A stretch of DNA of 64,000 nt from Desulfobacterales bacterium (GTDB lineage Bacteria > Desulfobacterota > Desulfobacteria > Desulfobacterales > JARGFK01), in contig JARGFK010000003.1 in assembly GCA_029211065.1 (NCBI GenBank), positions 29,111 to 93,110 on the forward strand. The letters are read 5' to 3'. Of this stretch, positions 29,158-38,596 are shown in pieces (position 1 is the stretch's first letter; each line of letters opens with the position of its first letter). The position numbers and the translations under genes are program-made. The notes under the pieces are model-generated. The model worked only from the letters and a program-made list of their open reading frames with translations, was not told where the DNA came from and did not search any database.

Positions 29158-30315
29158 CTAAAGTGCCCGTAAGGCATCATTCGGGTCCATGCGTGCGGCC
29201 ATCATGGCCGGGTAAATACTGGATGCCAGACCTACGAACAAAGCCAGGCAAAAGGCACCGACGGCCAACTCCAGATTTAACGGGATGGAAACGGAATGGC
29301 TTTCGGTAAAAAATCGGAACACGGACTTTGTTGCTCCCAATCCTAAAAAATAGCCGACAAAACCGGATAGTCCCGACACGATGACGGCTTCAATCAACAC
29401 AATTCGGGCAACATGGCTTTTGCGAAATCCAATGGCCCGGAAAATACCGATCTCTTCGGTCCGCTCCCGGACGCTTCCCATCATGGTAACCAGAACAACC
29501 AGGCTCCCAACCAGCAGCACCACAACGGAGACGCCGTATGAAAACTTTTGGAAATGCTGGATGGCCTCCATACGACTTTTGACGACCTGCTGGATGGCCA
29601 TTACTTTGGCTTCAGGAAGTATTTCGGAAAGCTGTCTGACCATATCTTCAATGGGACAGTCTTTGCACAGGGCGGCGACTTCCGCCATGGAAACCCGACC
29701 TTTTTTTCCCAGGAGCGACTGGGCTGTTGCGAGGCGTGTAAATATCAGCTGGTCATCCTGGGAACCGGTGGGCTCCAGTACACCCGAGACCTGAAGGCCC
29801 CGCTCTTTTACCGTAAAAACGTCGCCTGAATGGAGATTCATGACACGGGCTGCTTCGGCGCCCAGCAAGACACCGTTTTCAGTCGGCAGGGACCCGTTGA
29901 CCTTCCACCAGGGTTTTAATATTTTTGCCGCTTCAAAATCGACACCCGCCAGCAAAACCCGATGGTTTGGGACTTGGACGACCCCCAACACCAGGGGACC
30001 CATGGCCGCCACGTTGGCGGCATTTTTTATGGTGCTCACTTTTGCCAGTTGGTCCTCATGGATTTCTTCCATTTCAAAGGAAACGCCGCCGAGGGAAAGT
30101 CCCCCGTAGGACAGGGTGAGGTTTTCCGTTCGCGGGACGATTAAAATATTTGCGCCGTACTTTTCCAGCTTATGGTTGATATCATCTGTCATGGCATCCA
30201 CCAGGCTGATGACCGTAACGACCGTAGCCACCGCGATCATCAAACCGGCCAGAATAAAAGCGGCTTTACCCTTACGCCGCATCAGGTTTCGATACGCAAT
30301 CTCTTTAAGTGTCAT
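29158..30315 (-). CDS. ABC transporter permease, FtsX/MacB type
   Basis: N-terminal TM, large periplasmic MacB_PCD-like domain, and a C-terminal 3-TM FtsX domain ending ..MDPNDALRAL. Confidence 0.85.
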   Translation of the reverse strand: MTLKEIAYRNLMRRKGKAAFILAGLMIAVATVVTVISLVDAMTDDINHKLEKYGANILIVPRTENLTLSYGGLSLGGVSFEMEEIHEDQLAKVSTIKNAANVAAMGPLVLGVVQVPNHRVLLAGVDFEAAKILKPWWKVNGSLPTENGVLLGAEAARVMNLHSGDVFTVKERGLQVSGVLEPTGSQDDQLIFTRLATAQSLLGKKGRVSMAEVAALCKDCPIEDMVRQLSEILPEAKVMAIQQVVKSRMEAIQHFQKFSYGVSVVVLLVGSLVVLVTMMGSVRERTEEIGIFRAIGFRKSHVARIVLIEAVIVSGLSGFVGYFLGLGATKSVFRFFTESHSVSIPLNLELAVGAFCLALFVGLASSIYPAMMAARMDPNDALRAL

Positions 30316-30317
30316 GG

Positions 30318-30941
30318 CTAAATCCTTCCGGAAAAGTTAAAATATGGACTGCCTTCAAGAATATCGTTGATACGGATGACGACATTGTCACCCTGGATGT
30401 TTCTTGTTAACGGTGAGGGATTGCACCCTCCCTTTACTTCGTTGACTTTAATTGATGCGAATCTCTGGCCGCAATTTCGGCAGACCATGTTGTCGCCGAC
30501 CTGAAAGTAGCCCTTGCCGGCGCGCCAGCAGACATCACAGGCATCAAAGGCAGCCCGGATGACACCGTCCGAACTTTTCAATATGAAATATTTGATCGTT
30601 ACACCGGGTCCTTTATATTCGTAGTGACGGGCATTGCCGTCCTCGAACAGCGCTACCGGATATGCAAACTCAGTTGCAGCTGAATTGGCGGAAACTTGCG
30701 CCTGAACCACAGGGGTATCACTATTTCCGGCATTCATGCGATGGATCACAAAGTAAATACCACCGGCCACCAAAACGACACAGGTTAAAAGAACAGCCAA
30801 AGGGCGATGACGTTTTTTTTCTGTTCCCAGGACGGCCGCTTTTTTGGATGCCATCTTGTCATTGTCGGGAGTGCTTCTGGAAACTTCAGCTTGCTGACCG
30901 GATGCTATTGCTTTTGTAGACTTCTTCTTTTTTCTGGACAT
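30318..30941 (-). CDS. DUF2318 (FtrD-like) membrane-anchored Cys-rich protein
   Basis: One TM, then AAFDACDVCWRAGKGYFQVGDNMVCRNCGQRF...GGCNP. The DUF2318 Cys pattern is recalled from memory. Confidence 0.65.
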   Translation of the reverse strand: MSRKKKKSTKAIASGQQAEVSRSTPDNDKMASKKAAVLGTEKKRHRPLAVLLTCVVLVAGGIYFVIHRMNAGNSDTPVVQAQVSANSAATEFAYPVALFEDGNARHYEYKGPGVTIKYFILKSSDGVIRAAFDACDVCWRAGKGYFQVGDNMVCRNCGQRFASIKVNEVKGGCNPSPLTRNIQGDNVVIRINDILEGSPYFNFSGRI

Positions 30942-30984
30942 GAGCGGGTCCTCCTTATTGAGATTGTATTATTAATAAGTTTTT

Positions 30985-31021
30985 CTAAAAAAGGTTCAGC
31001 TATAGCCTGAACCTTTATTTT
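30985..31021 (-). terminator. Rho-independent terminator (read on the minus strand)
   Basis: AAGGTTCAG (30991-30999), 7-nt loop, CTGAACCTT (31007-31015). A T-run follows on the minus strand (plus-strand AAAAAA at 30986-30991). Confidence 0.7.
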
Positions 31022-31157
31022 GACTCATTGGACAGGTCTGAAGGCATGACGAAACAGACTGTCTTTTATTAAGACCTGTTAACGAATATTTGTTTATATA
31101 CGCTGATTTTTAGAAACAACGACGCTGGGAACGGTTGTGAGCCGTTTTGCGTGGGAA

Positions 31158-31562
31158 TCAACAGATTATGGAAAGGTTCTGGAGGTAAATCGGTACGGAG
31201 CGGGCTTTTGCTTCCACAAGGGAACTTTGATAAAGCACCTTGCCGGGGTGATGTTGACGTTGTAAGTTGGTATCGGCATCGATAATAGTGATAGATCGAA
31301 AGTTGTCAAGGCGACAGGCTGAAACACAGAAAGCCGTCAACTCCTGCGATTGGCGACGCTCCAATTCACAGGGCGCCTGCTGATGCCGGGCGCAGCAGTC
31401 CGATGCCAAAGCCATGGGTTTTGATTGATGATGTCCCGTCGGCACGGCCATCTTCTGGCATGTATTTTCATTACAGCTTTGTTTGGCCGCTGCTCCGCTT
31501 GCAAAGAAACTGATTGCCAGAAAAGGGACCAAGAATAAACATATTAGTTTTCGTATTCGCAT
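31158..31562 (-). CDS. Small secreted Cys/His-rich protein, unknown function
   Basis: MRIRKLICLFLVPFLAISFFASGAAA signal peptide. The mature part has 8 Cys, several His and a CC pair. Start taken at ATG 31562. Confidence 0.5.
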   Translation of the reverse strand: MRIRKLICLFLVPFLAISFFASGAAAKQSCNENTCQKMAVPTGHHQSKPMALASDCCARHQQAPCELERRQSQELTAFCVSACRLDNFRSITIIDADTNLQRQHHPGKVLYQSSLVEAKARSVPIYLQNLSIIC

Positions 31563-31860
31563 ACACATACAATCCGGATCGTATTGGTACCACAATGTTC
31601 AATTTAAAGCATGTTTCTGTTTTTGTCAATTCAAAAAACGAATAGTAAGTTTCCAAAAGTTCAAAATGAAAACCGAAGTTTTAAGCGACGTGCATGTTTT
31701 GTTCCTCAAAGCCTTCCGATTTCAGTCTATCAGCCTATGCTGTTTCAGTATTCAGCCCCTGGGTACCGTCACGGTTTAGAGCGGCCGCCTTTACAAAATA
31801 CATAATAATCGTTATAGTACTGAAAAGTTACGGATTATTCTTATAAAGAAAGGAAAAGAT

Positions 31861-32337
31861 ATGGCATACGATTTTAATGCGGACGAAGTATTTATTATGG
31901 CCGAACAGCTCGAAAGAAACGGTGCAAAATTTTATCGCGATTCAGCCAAAGCGGTTGAAGATTCCGCCTCCCAAAAGTTTTTAAATGAACTGGCCGAAAT
32001 GGAAGATGATCATGAAAAGACTTTCAAGGCGCTTCGTGCTGAAATCACGGAAAAAGAGAAAGAGTCTACGGTTTTTGATCCTGAAGGAGAAGCCGCCCTC
32101 TACTTAAGGTCTTTGGCTGATGCCCGTGTTTTTTTTGAAAAGGAAATGGATGTGTCATCCTTAAGGGGTATTTTAAAAGCGGCCATTACAGCCGAGAAAG
32201 ATTCCATTGTCTTTTACCTGGGTATGAAAGAGGCGGTTGCGGCAAGTCTGGGTAAAGGGCGGATTGAAAATATCATCAAAGAGGAGATGGGACACATCAA
32301 ATTCCTCAGCAACAAACTGATTTCCCTTAAAAAATAA
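31861..32337 (+). CDS. Ferritin-like / rubrerythrin-family di-iron protein (no rubredoxin domain)
   Basis: Two ExxH motifs (EMEDDHEK, EEMGHIKF) in a four-helix pattern. RBS AAAGGAAAAG. Confidence 0.7.
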   Translation: MAYDFNADEVFIMAEQLERNGAKFYRDSAKAVEDSASQKFLNELAEMEDDHEKTFKALRAEITEKEKESTVFDPEGEAALYLRSLADARVFFEKEMDVSSLRGILKAAITAEKDSIVFYLGMKEAVAASLGKGRIENIIKEEMGHIKFLSNKLISLKK

Positions 32338-32413
32338 CTTGGGTATCCAGAAAGCCTTAGTAAGGTGGTTGGCCGCCATAATAATCCGCTTCTACGCGTG
32401 TGAAGCTCACGCA

Positions 32414-33097
32414 TCAGTTCTTGCCATGGGTTGCGAGGGATTCCAGCCCGGATGAATCCAGCAAACGGATCTGGCGGCCGTTTACCGCTATGAGCCCCTG
32501 CTCAGACATTTTGGCAAAAATTCTTGAAAGGGTTTCAGGAATTGTTCCCAGCAGACTGGCCAGCTGACCTTTCGAAATATTGAGCTTTACGGACTGCCTG
32601 TTTTCCTGTTCCCCCGAAAGATAGATGAGATAAGACGCCAGACGGCCGGGCACTTCTTTGAGAGACAGGTTTTCTATTTGAACGGTGAACTGCCGGAGCC
32701 GCATGGACAGGACGGCAAGGATGTTCAATGCCAGCGAGGGGTTGCCGGCTATCAGTTCCACAAATGCGGGTCTGGGAAAAAACAGCAAATGGCTTTTGGC
32801 CAGGGCTTCCGCATAGGCCGGAAAGGTTTGCCCGGTAAAAACCGGAACTTCACCGATGGGTTCGCCGGGTCCGAAAATATGCAGAATCTGTTCTTTCCCT
32901 TCAGATGAAACCTTAAAGACTTTAACCTGGCCGGCGGCAATAATATAAAAACCGCTGCCTGTATCACCTTCCGAAAAGATGACTTCGCCTTTTTGATAGT
33001 TTTTATTCACGGCGATTTGACTCAAGTCCCTTCGCTGGTCTTCGGGAAGACCGCTAAAGAGCGGTACGCCGGATATGATTTCTTCATTTTTCTTCAT
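32414..33097 (-). CDS. Crp/Fnr-family transcriptional regulator (HcpR-like by position, divergent from hcp)
   Basis: cNMP-binding-type N-terminal domain (GDTGSGFYIIAAGQVKVF), C-terminal HTH (QLASLLGTIPETLSRIF). Divergent to hcp. Confidence 0.8.
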   Translation of the reverse strand: MKKNEEIISGVPLFSGLPEDQRRDLSQIAVNKNYQKGEVIFSEGDTGSGFYIIAAGQVKVFKVSSEGKEQILHIFGPGEPIGEVPVFTGQTFPAYAEALAKSHLLFFPRPAFVELIAGNPSLALNILAVLSMRLRQFTVQIENLSLKEVPGRLASYLIYLSGEQENRQSVKLNISKGQLASLLGTIPETLSRIFAKMSEQGLIAVNGRQIRLLDSSGLESLATHGKN

Positions 33098-33121
33098 TTT
33101 TTTTGAAAATTACATTCTTTT

Positions 33122-33135
33122 TTGACCTAAGTCAA
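33122..33135. promoter_or_regulatory. Perfect Crp/Fnr-type palindrome TTGAC-CTAA-GTCAA, candidate HcpR operator
   Basis: Exact 5+4+5 inverted repeat, 95 bp upstream of the hcp ATG and 25 bp upstream of the regulator start. Confidence 0.6.
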
Positions 33136-33229
33136 GGTAAGGGAAATCCGTTTGGGGTAGTAAGGTTGTAATACTTGAAAAAAAGGTTACTTTTCAAATA
33201 ACAGATTAACTTAATTAAAGGAGAAGAAT

Positions 33230-34858
33230 ATGTTTTGTTTTCAGTGTGAGCAGACAGCCAAAGGTGAAGGCTGTAAATCGATGGGTGTATGCGGCAAAAA
33301 ACCGGATGTGGCGGCGTTGCAGGACTTGCTGCTGTATGCGGCTAAAGGGCTTTCACAGATTGCCGTTGAAGGTCGCAAAGTTGGTGTTTCGGATGAGGCG
33401 GTTGATATTTTCAGTTGTGAAGCCATATTTTCAACCCTGACAAACGTTGATTTTGATCCGGACAGATTCGTCGGGCTGATTCATCAATGTATCGATTTCA
33501 GGAATTCATTGAGCGTCAAAGTCAAAGCGGCCGGGGGAAAGGTCGATTTTGCAAAAGGCCCGGCGACCTTTCAGCCCGCCAAAACAGTTGCGGAACTGGT
33601 GATCCAAGGCGAAGCCGTGGGGATCAAGTCTGATCCGGAAGTCAATCCGGACATACTTTCACTAAAGGAGATGTTAACTTACGGTCTTAAGGGCCTATGC
33701 GCCTACGCAGATCATGCACGCATACTGGGCCAGAGCGATGACAAGGTATTCGCCTTTGTCCATGAAGGCATGGCCGCGACCCTGGACCCAAACCTCGGCG
33801 CCGATGAGCTTGTGGGGCTGGTTTTAAAATGCGGAGAGATTAATCTGCGGGCCATGGAATTGCTGGACGCCGGCAATACCGGCGCCTATGGGCATCCGGT
33901 GCCGACACGGGTGCCGCTGGGGGCCAAAAAAGGCAAAGCGATCCTGGTCTCAGGACACGATTTAATGGACCTTGAAAAGATCTTGAAGCAAAGCGAAGGC
34001 AAGGGGATATATGTCTATACCCATGGTGAAATGCTCCCCTGTCACGGGTATCCGGAACTGAAAAAATATGCGCATTTTTACGGGCACTACGGAACCGCCT
34101 GGCAGCGGCAGGGAAAAGAGTTTGCCGAATTTCCGGGCGCCATCCTCATGACGACCAACTGTATCCAGCGGCCGCATGACACCTATAAAAACAATATCTT
34201 CACCACCGGACTGGTAGGCTGGCCGGGGATCAGGCATATCGCCGACAAGGATTTTACCCCGGTGATTGAAAGGGCGCTGGAACTTCCCGGATTTGCCGAG
34301 GACACCGATCGCGGGGCCGTAACGGTCGGTTTCGGCCGCAATGCCGTCATGGGGGTTGCCGATAAAGTTATCGAAGCGGTCAAAAACAAGGCCATTCGGC
34401 ATTTCTTCCTGGTGGGCGGCTGTGACGGGGCCAAACCCGGGCGCAGCTACTATACCGAGTTTGTGGAAAAAGTGCCGGCGGATTGCGTGATCCTGACCCT
34501 GGCCTGCGGCAAGTTCCGCTTCTTTGACAAGGATCTGGGGGATATCGGCGGCATACCGCGGCTGCTGGATGTGGGCCAGTGCAACGATGCCTTCTCCGCC
34601 ATTAAAATCGCATCGGCCCTGGCAGAGGCCTTTGAGTGCGGCGTAAACGACCTGCCGCTGTCCATGGTGCTGTCATGGTACGAACAAAAGGCCTGCGCCA
34701 TTCTCCTGACCCTGCTCTATCTCGGGATCAAGGATATCCGGCTGGGGCCCAGTCTACCGGCCTTTATTACCCCCAATGTGCTCAACGTGCTGGTGGAAAA
34801 GTTCAATATCATGCCGGTTTCTACGCCGGAAGAAGACCTGAAGGCGATTCTGGGATAA
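33230..34858 (+). CDS. hcp: Hybrid cluster protein (hydroxylamine reductase)
   Basis: MFCFQCEQTAKGEGC...GVCGK N-terminal cluster motif; 542 aa length is typical. Confidence 0.95.
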   Translation: MFCFQCEQTAKGEGCKSMGVCGKKPDVAALQDLLLYAAKGLSQIAVEGRKVGVSDEAVDIFSCEAIFSTLTNVDFDPDRFVGLIHQCIDFRNSLSVKVKAAGGKVDFAKGPATFQPAKTVAELVIQGEAVGIKSDPEVNPDILSLKEMLTYGLKGLCAYADHARILGQSDDKVFAFVHEGMAATLDPNLGADELVGLVLKCGEINLRAMELLDAGNTGAYGHPVPTRVPLGAKKGKAILVSGHDLMDLEKILKQSEGKGIYVYTHGEMLPCHGYPELKKYAHFYGHYGTAWQRQGKEFAEFPGAILMTTNCIQRPHDTYKNNIFTTGLVGWPGIRHIADKDFTPVIERALELPGFAEDTDRGAVTVGFGRNAVMGVADKVIEAVKNKAIRHFFLVGGCDGAKPGRSYYTEFVEKVPADCVILTLACGKFRFFDKDLGDIGGIPRLLDVGQCNDAFSAIKIASALAEAFECGVNDLPLSMVLSWYEQKACAILLTLLYLGIKDIRLGPSLPAFITPNVLNVLVEKFNIMPVSTPEEDLKAILG

Positions 34859-34877
34859 TACATAGAGGGAAACCAAC

Positions 34878-34906
34878 GACGGGCAAGGGGCTATTCCTTG
34901 CCCGTC
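34878..34906 (+). other. Intercistronic stem-loop between hcp and the HD gene, with no T-run
   Basis: GACGGGCAAGG, 7-nt loop, CCTTGCCCGTC. Confidence 0.4.
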
Positions 34907-34925
34907 AAACTCAGGGAGGTTTACC

Positions 34926-35657
34926 ATGAAATGTCCGGGACAGGATAGTCGCTATTGGAAACCGGGGGCCATATTTGAGGCCAAATGTCCCAAATGCGAA
35001 CGCGCCGTCGAGTTTTTTAAAGATGATACCACCCGCAAGTGCGACGGCTGCGGCCACCGGTTTGTGAACCCCCACATGGATTTCGGCTGTGCCGCCTATT
35101 GTCAGTATGCCGAACAATGCATCGGCACCCTGCCGCCGGAGCTGGCGGCGCAGCAGGAGAACCTATTAAAGGACCGGGTGGCCCAGGAAATGAAACGCTA
35201 CTTCAAGAGCGATTTTAAACGGATCGGGCATGCGACCCGGGTAGCGCGCCACGCCGAAAGAATCGGAAAAAGTGAAGGCGGAAATCTGGCGGTCATCCTG
35301 GCGGCGGCCTATCTTCACGACATCGGCATCCATGAGGCCGAACGAAAATACAACAGCACTGCGGCGAAATACCAGGAGCAGGAGGGGCCTGCCATCGCCC
35401 GGGAGATCCTGGTCAAGCTGGGTGCCAAGGATAGACTGATCGATGCGGTCTGCGATATTGTCGGCCATCATCATCATCCGCGGCCCGACGACAATCTGGA
35501 TTTCAAGTCTGTTTACGACTCGGACTTGATTGTCGATCTAAAAGAAAAACAGGAGGAAAGCCCGGCAGCGCGGGAAAGGCTGGCGGAAATCATTAATAAG
35601 TCATTTTTAACTAGAAGCGGGCAGGAAGAAGCCAGAAAAGTACTTCTGGAAGCATAA
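34926..35657 (+). CDS. HD-domain phosphohydrolase with an N-terminal Cys4 zinc-ribbon-like segment
   Basis: CPKC..CDGCGH, then HATRVARHAE...AAAYLHDIG...GHHHH. Confidence 0.7.
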   Translation: MKCPGQDSRYWKPGAIFEAKCPKCERAVEFFKDDTTRKCDGCGHRFVNPHMDFGCAAYCQYAEQCIGTLPPELAAQQENLLKDRVAQEMKRYFKSDFKRIGHATRVARHAERIGKSEGGNLAVILAAAYLHDIGIHEAERKYNSTAAKYQEQEGPAIAREILVKLGAKDRLIDAVCDIVGHHHHPRPDDNLDFKSVYDSDLIVDLKEKQEESPAARERLAEIINKSFLTRSGQEEARKVLLEA

Positions 35658-35706
35658 ACCGGTGGGTTAACCCTAACATTCTTTAACGTATAAAAAAGGC
35701 GGTCCT

Positions 35707-36465
35707 ATGAAAGTAATGCGAAAAATCATACAGATTGATGAGGAATTATGCGACGGTTGCGGACAGTGTGTACCGTCCTGTGCCGAAGGCGCCCTGGAAA
35801 TTATAGACGGCAAGGCGCGGATCGTTGCGGACTTGTTCTGCGACGGCCTGGGGGCCTGCCTGGGGGAATGCCCCACCGGCGCACTTGAGGTGATCGAACG
35901 CGAGGCCGAAGATTTTGACGAGGCTGCAGTTGAAGAACGGTTGTCTGAATTGGCCAAAAAGCAGGATAAAAAGGCGCCGACCCATCCCCAGGGGGGCTGT
36001 CCCTCTACCAGATTGCAGACATTTCAGCCGATGGAATCCTGCGGGTGTCAGGATCACAACAAACCGGCTGCCGTTCATGCCGGCGATACGGCGTCGGCGC
36101 TGACCCACTGGCCGATCCAGATCCGGCTCATCCCCCCCACCGCACCCTTTCTCAAGGGCGCTGACCTGTTGGTGGTGGCGGATTGCGCTCCGGTGGCCTT
36201 TGCCCACCTTCACCGGGACTATTTAAAAGGAAAGACCGTCATGATGGGCTGTCCGAAATTTGATGACGCCCAGGCTTATATCGATAAATTTGCCGAGATT
36301 TTTAAAACGGCGGATATCAAGCGAATTACAACGTTGATCATGGAGGTGCCCTGCTGCGCCGGGCTCCCGGTGATCGTGAAAAAAGGCCTGGAACTGTCCG
36401 GCAAAAAGATCCCCCTTGAAGAGGTGGTGGTCAGCACCCGGGGCAAGATCCTGGACCGCATGTAG
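35707..36465 (+). CDS. 4Fe-4S ferredoxin-domain protein (hcp-associated)
   Basis: CDGCGQCVPSC and CDGLGACLGECP cluster motifs. Confidence 0.75.
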   Translation: MKVMRKIIQIDEELCDGCGQCVPSCAEGALEIIDGKARIVADLFCDGLGACLGECPTGALEVIEREAEDFDEAAVEERLSELAKKQDKKAPTHPQGGCPSTRLQTFQPMESCGCQDHNKPAAVHAGDTASALTHWPIQIRLIPPTAPFLKGADLLVVADCAPVAFAHLHRDYLKGKTVMMGCPKFDDAQAYIDKFAEIFKTADIKRITTLIMEVPCCAGLPVIVKKGLELSGKKIPLEEVVVSTRGKILDRM

Positions 36466-36488
36466 AAACCGTTTTAAAACCTGATTTT

Positions 36489-36531
36489 GGCCTGACAATT
36501 CCGCAGAATGCGGGGTCGTCAGGCTTTTTTT
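36489..36531 (+). terminator. Rho-independent terminator of the hcp operon
   Basis: GGCCTGAC...(inner CCGCAgaaTGCGG)...GTCAGGC followed by TTTTTTT. Confidence 0.8.
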
Positions 36532-36950
36532 CAACTGCTCGAATATTTCCGGTCTTTTATAGCGGTTGTCAAAAAAACGTCCCGTTACCCCAATGTTTTT
36601 TCTACAACCGCTTATACCGCAATTCATTGTTTCGGAACTTTATTATGGAAAGCGGTATAGGCCCGCTCTAACTGTCGGTGAACGATCCTGCCTGTATCAT
36701 TCCATGTCCAAACCCGAACAGATAATGTAGTTTGATATTCGGACACCGACAGTATGATATTGATAATTATTTGAAATTTTGATACTATCTTGCAGAAATA
36801 AAATTCTGCGACACCATGCAGAAGGGAGGGAACATTTTCCGTTCTCTCAGCAAGAATCTGCCATAAAGAGCAATTTCTGGTGTTGCACTGCCGGTTTGTT
36901 AAGTCGCATCGTGCGATGCATCGAGGTGAAGGGTGTTATATTCCGAACGC

Positions 36951-38561
36951 ATGCGAGAGTTTCTTTTAGACCTGTCTAATACCAGCCGGTTTGACTTTCA
37001 GTTATGGTCCGCAGAGAAGGGACTGATATTTTCTTCTATTACTCAGTCGTCCGACAAAGACGCCGGCAACGAATTCGGTGCGTTTCATAAGAAAATCATT
37101 TGCTGCGACGGATTCCAGCAAGCCCGGTTTAAGAAAAACGGTGCTGTTTTCGGTATTCAACTGAGGAATGGAACCGATGTGATGGGTTCTTTGGTAACGG
37201 TTCTGCCAGAATTTTACGGCCGCCCGTCATTGAAAAATAAAGATTCCACGAAGCTGTCGAACATCACTGAAGTCCGGACGTTTCTCATCCATCTTGCCCA
37301 GATCGTTGGATCTCAACTGTCCAGCCAGACCGAAACCGAAAAAATGGCCGAAGAACTGGGCCGGAGTTTCGAGGACATGTATCTGTATTCCAAGATCGGG
37401 GTCCAAACCATGCCGTTGAATTTTTCGGGCAAAACACTCCGTACGCTGATTGAAGACCTCCTTGAAACGATGCGTGCGGACCTGGCTTTTGCCTGGTTTA
37501 GTGAGAATCCGGATTACAACGCCGCCATCGCATCAGGGCAGGTGTCAGATATAATTTCCGATCCGGCCGCTTTGGTAGAAGCTTTACTGAACCAAATACC
37601 CACTGCTGTGCGCGCTTCAAATGAAGAGTGTTTTATTGTCAACGATTCCGGAAATGATCCGTTATACCGGAAGCTGCACCCGCAACCCTTTCGCTTTCTT
37701 AGCGTCACCATAGAAACCAAAGATCATCTCTATGGCTGGATGGGGCTGCTTTCATTCAATATGAAAGAATTCTTCCGGCAAAGCGAATTAAAGCTTTTAA
37801 AGTCCCTGGCCTCCGCTTCGGCCGTAGCATTCGAAAACTCCCGGCTGTATTTTGAATCGCTGCAGATGGCAAAGAAGGAACGCTACGTGCGCAATATTTT
37901 TCAAAAATACGTTCCCGAAGCGGTGGCCCAAAAAATATTAGACCGGGGCGATCGCGACCTCATTACCCTGGGTGAAAAAAGGATGGTCACCCTTCTGAAT
38001 GTGGACATGCGCGGATATTCACGCATGTCTAAAAAACTGCAGAGCGAAGATGTGGTATCGGTACTCAATTATTTTTTTATGACCATGGGCTCGGCGATTT
38101 TAAAGCACAACGGCATTCTGGATAAATTCCTGGGGGACGGGATTCTGGCGGTTTTCGGTGCGCCGGTTGAAAGTGAAAACACCTCCCTCGATGCGGCCCT
38201 GGCGGCACTGGAAATGCGGGAAGAAGTTGAAAAGGTGAATGCTTTTGCCCGGGAGAACTATGGCGTATCCTTGGCCATGGGCGTCAGCATCAATACGGGT
38301 GAGGCCATCGTCGGAAATATCGGTTTTGAAAAGAAAATGGAATATACAGTCATCGGCGGCGTAGTCAACGACACGTTCCGCATTCAGGATTTTACCCGGG
38401 AAAAGCCCAACTCAATCCTGGTCAGCAAGTCAACCCACACAAAAATAAAATCTGTTATTTCTACACGATCGCTGGGCGTGAAGACACTGGGCGCCAATGA
38501 AAGCCGGATGGAGGTTTTTGAGGTGGTGGGACGGCGTGAACCGCCGGCCGGCAAAGCTTGA
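36951..38561 (+). CDS. Sensor (N-terminal module plus GAF-like) fused to a class III adenylate/guanylate cyclase
   Basis: C-terminal VTLLNVDMRGYS...FLGDGILAVFGAP...GVSINTGEAIVGNIG....YTVIGGVVN. ATG 36951 chosen by alignment with the paralogous N-terminus at 53477. The track ORF starts at GTG 36933. Confidence 0.85.
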   Translation: MREFLLDLSNTSRFDFQLWSAEKGLIFSSITQSSDKDAGNEFGAFHKKIICCDGFQQARFKKNGAVFGIQLRNGTDVMGSLVTVLPEFYGRPSLKNKDSTKLSNITEVRTFLIHLAQIVGSQLSSQTETEKMAEELGRSFEDMYLYSKIGVQTMPLNFSGKTLRTLIEDLLETMRADLAFAWFSENPDYNAAIASGQVSDIISDPAALVEALLNQIPTAVRASNEECFIVNDSGNDPLYRKLHPQPFRFLSVTIETKDHLYGWMGLLSFNMKEFFRQSELKLLKSLASASAVAFENSRLYFESLQMAKKERYVRNIFQKYVPEAVAQKILDRGDRDLITLGEKRMVTLLNVDMRGYSRMSKKLQSEDVVSVLNYFFMTMGSAILKHNGILDKFLGDGILAVFGAPVESENTSLDAALAALEMREEVEKVNAFARENYGVSLAMGVSINTGEAIVGNIGFEKKMEYTVIGGVVNDTFRIQDFTREKPNSILVSKSTHTKIKSVISTRSLGVKTLGANESRMEVFEVVGRREPPAGKA

Positions 38562-38596
38562 AGCGGGATGTCTTTTCGCCCCAGGCACGCATTATA

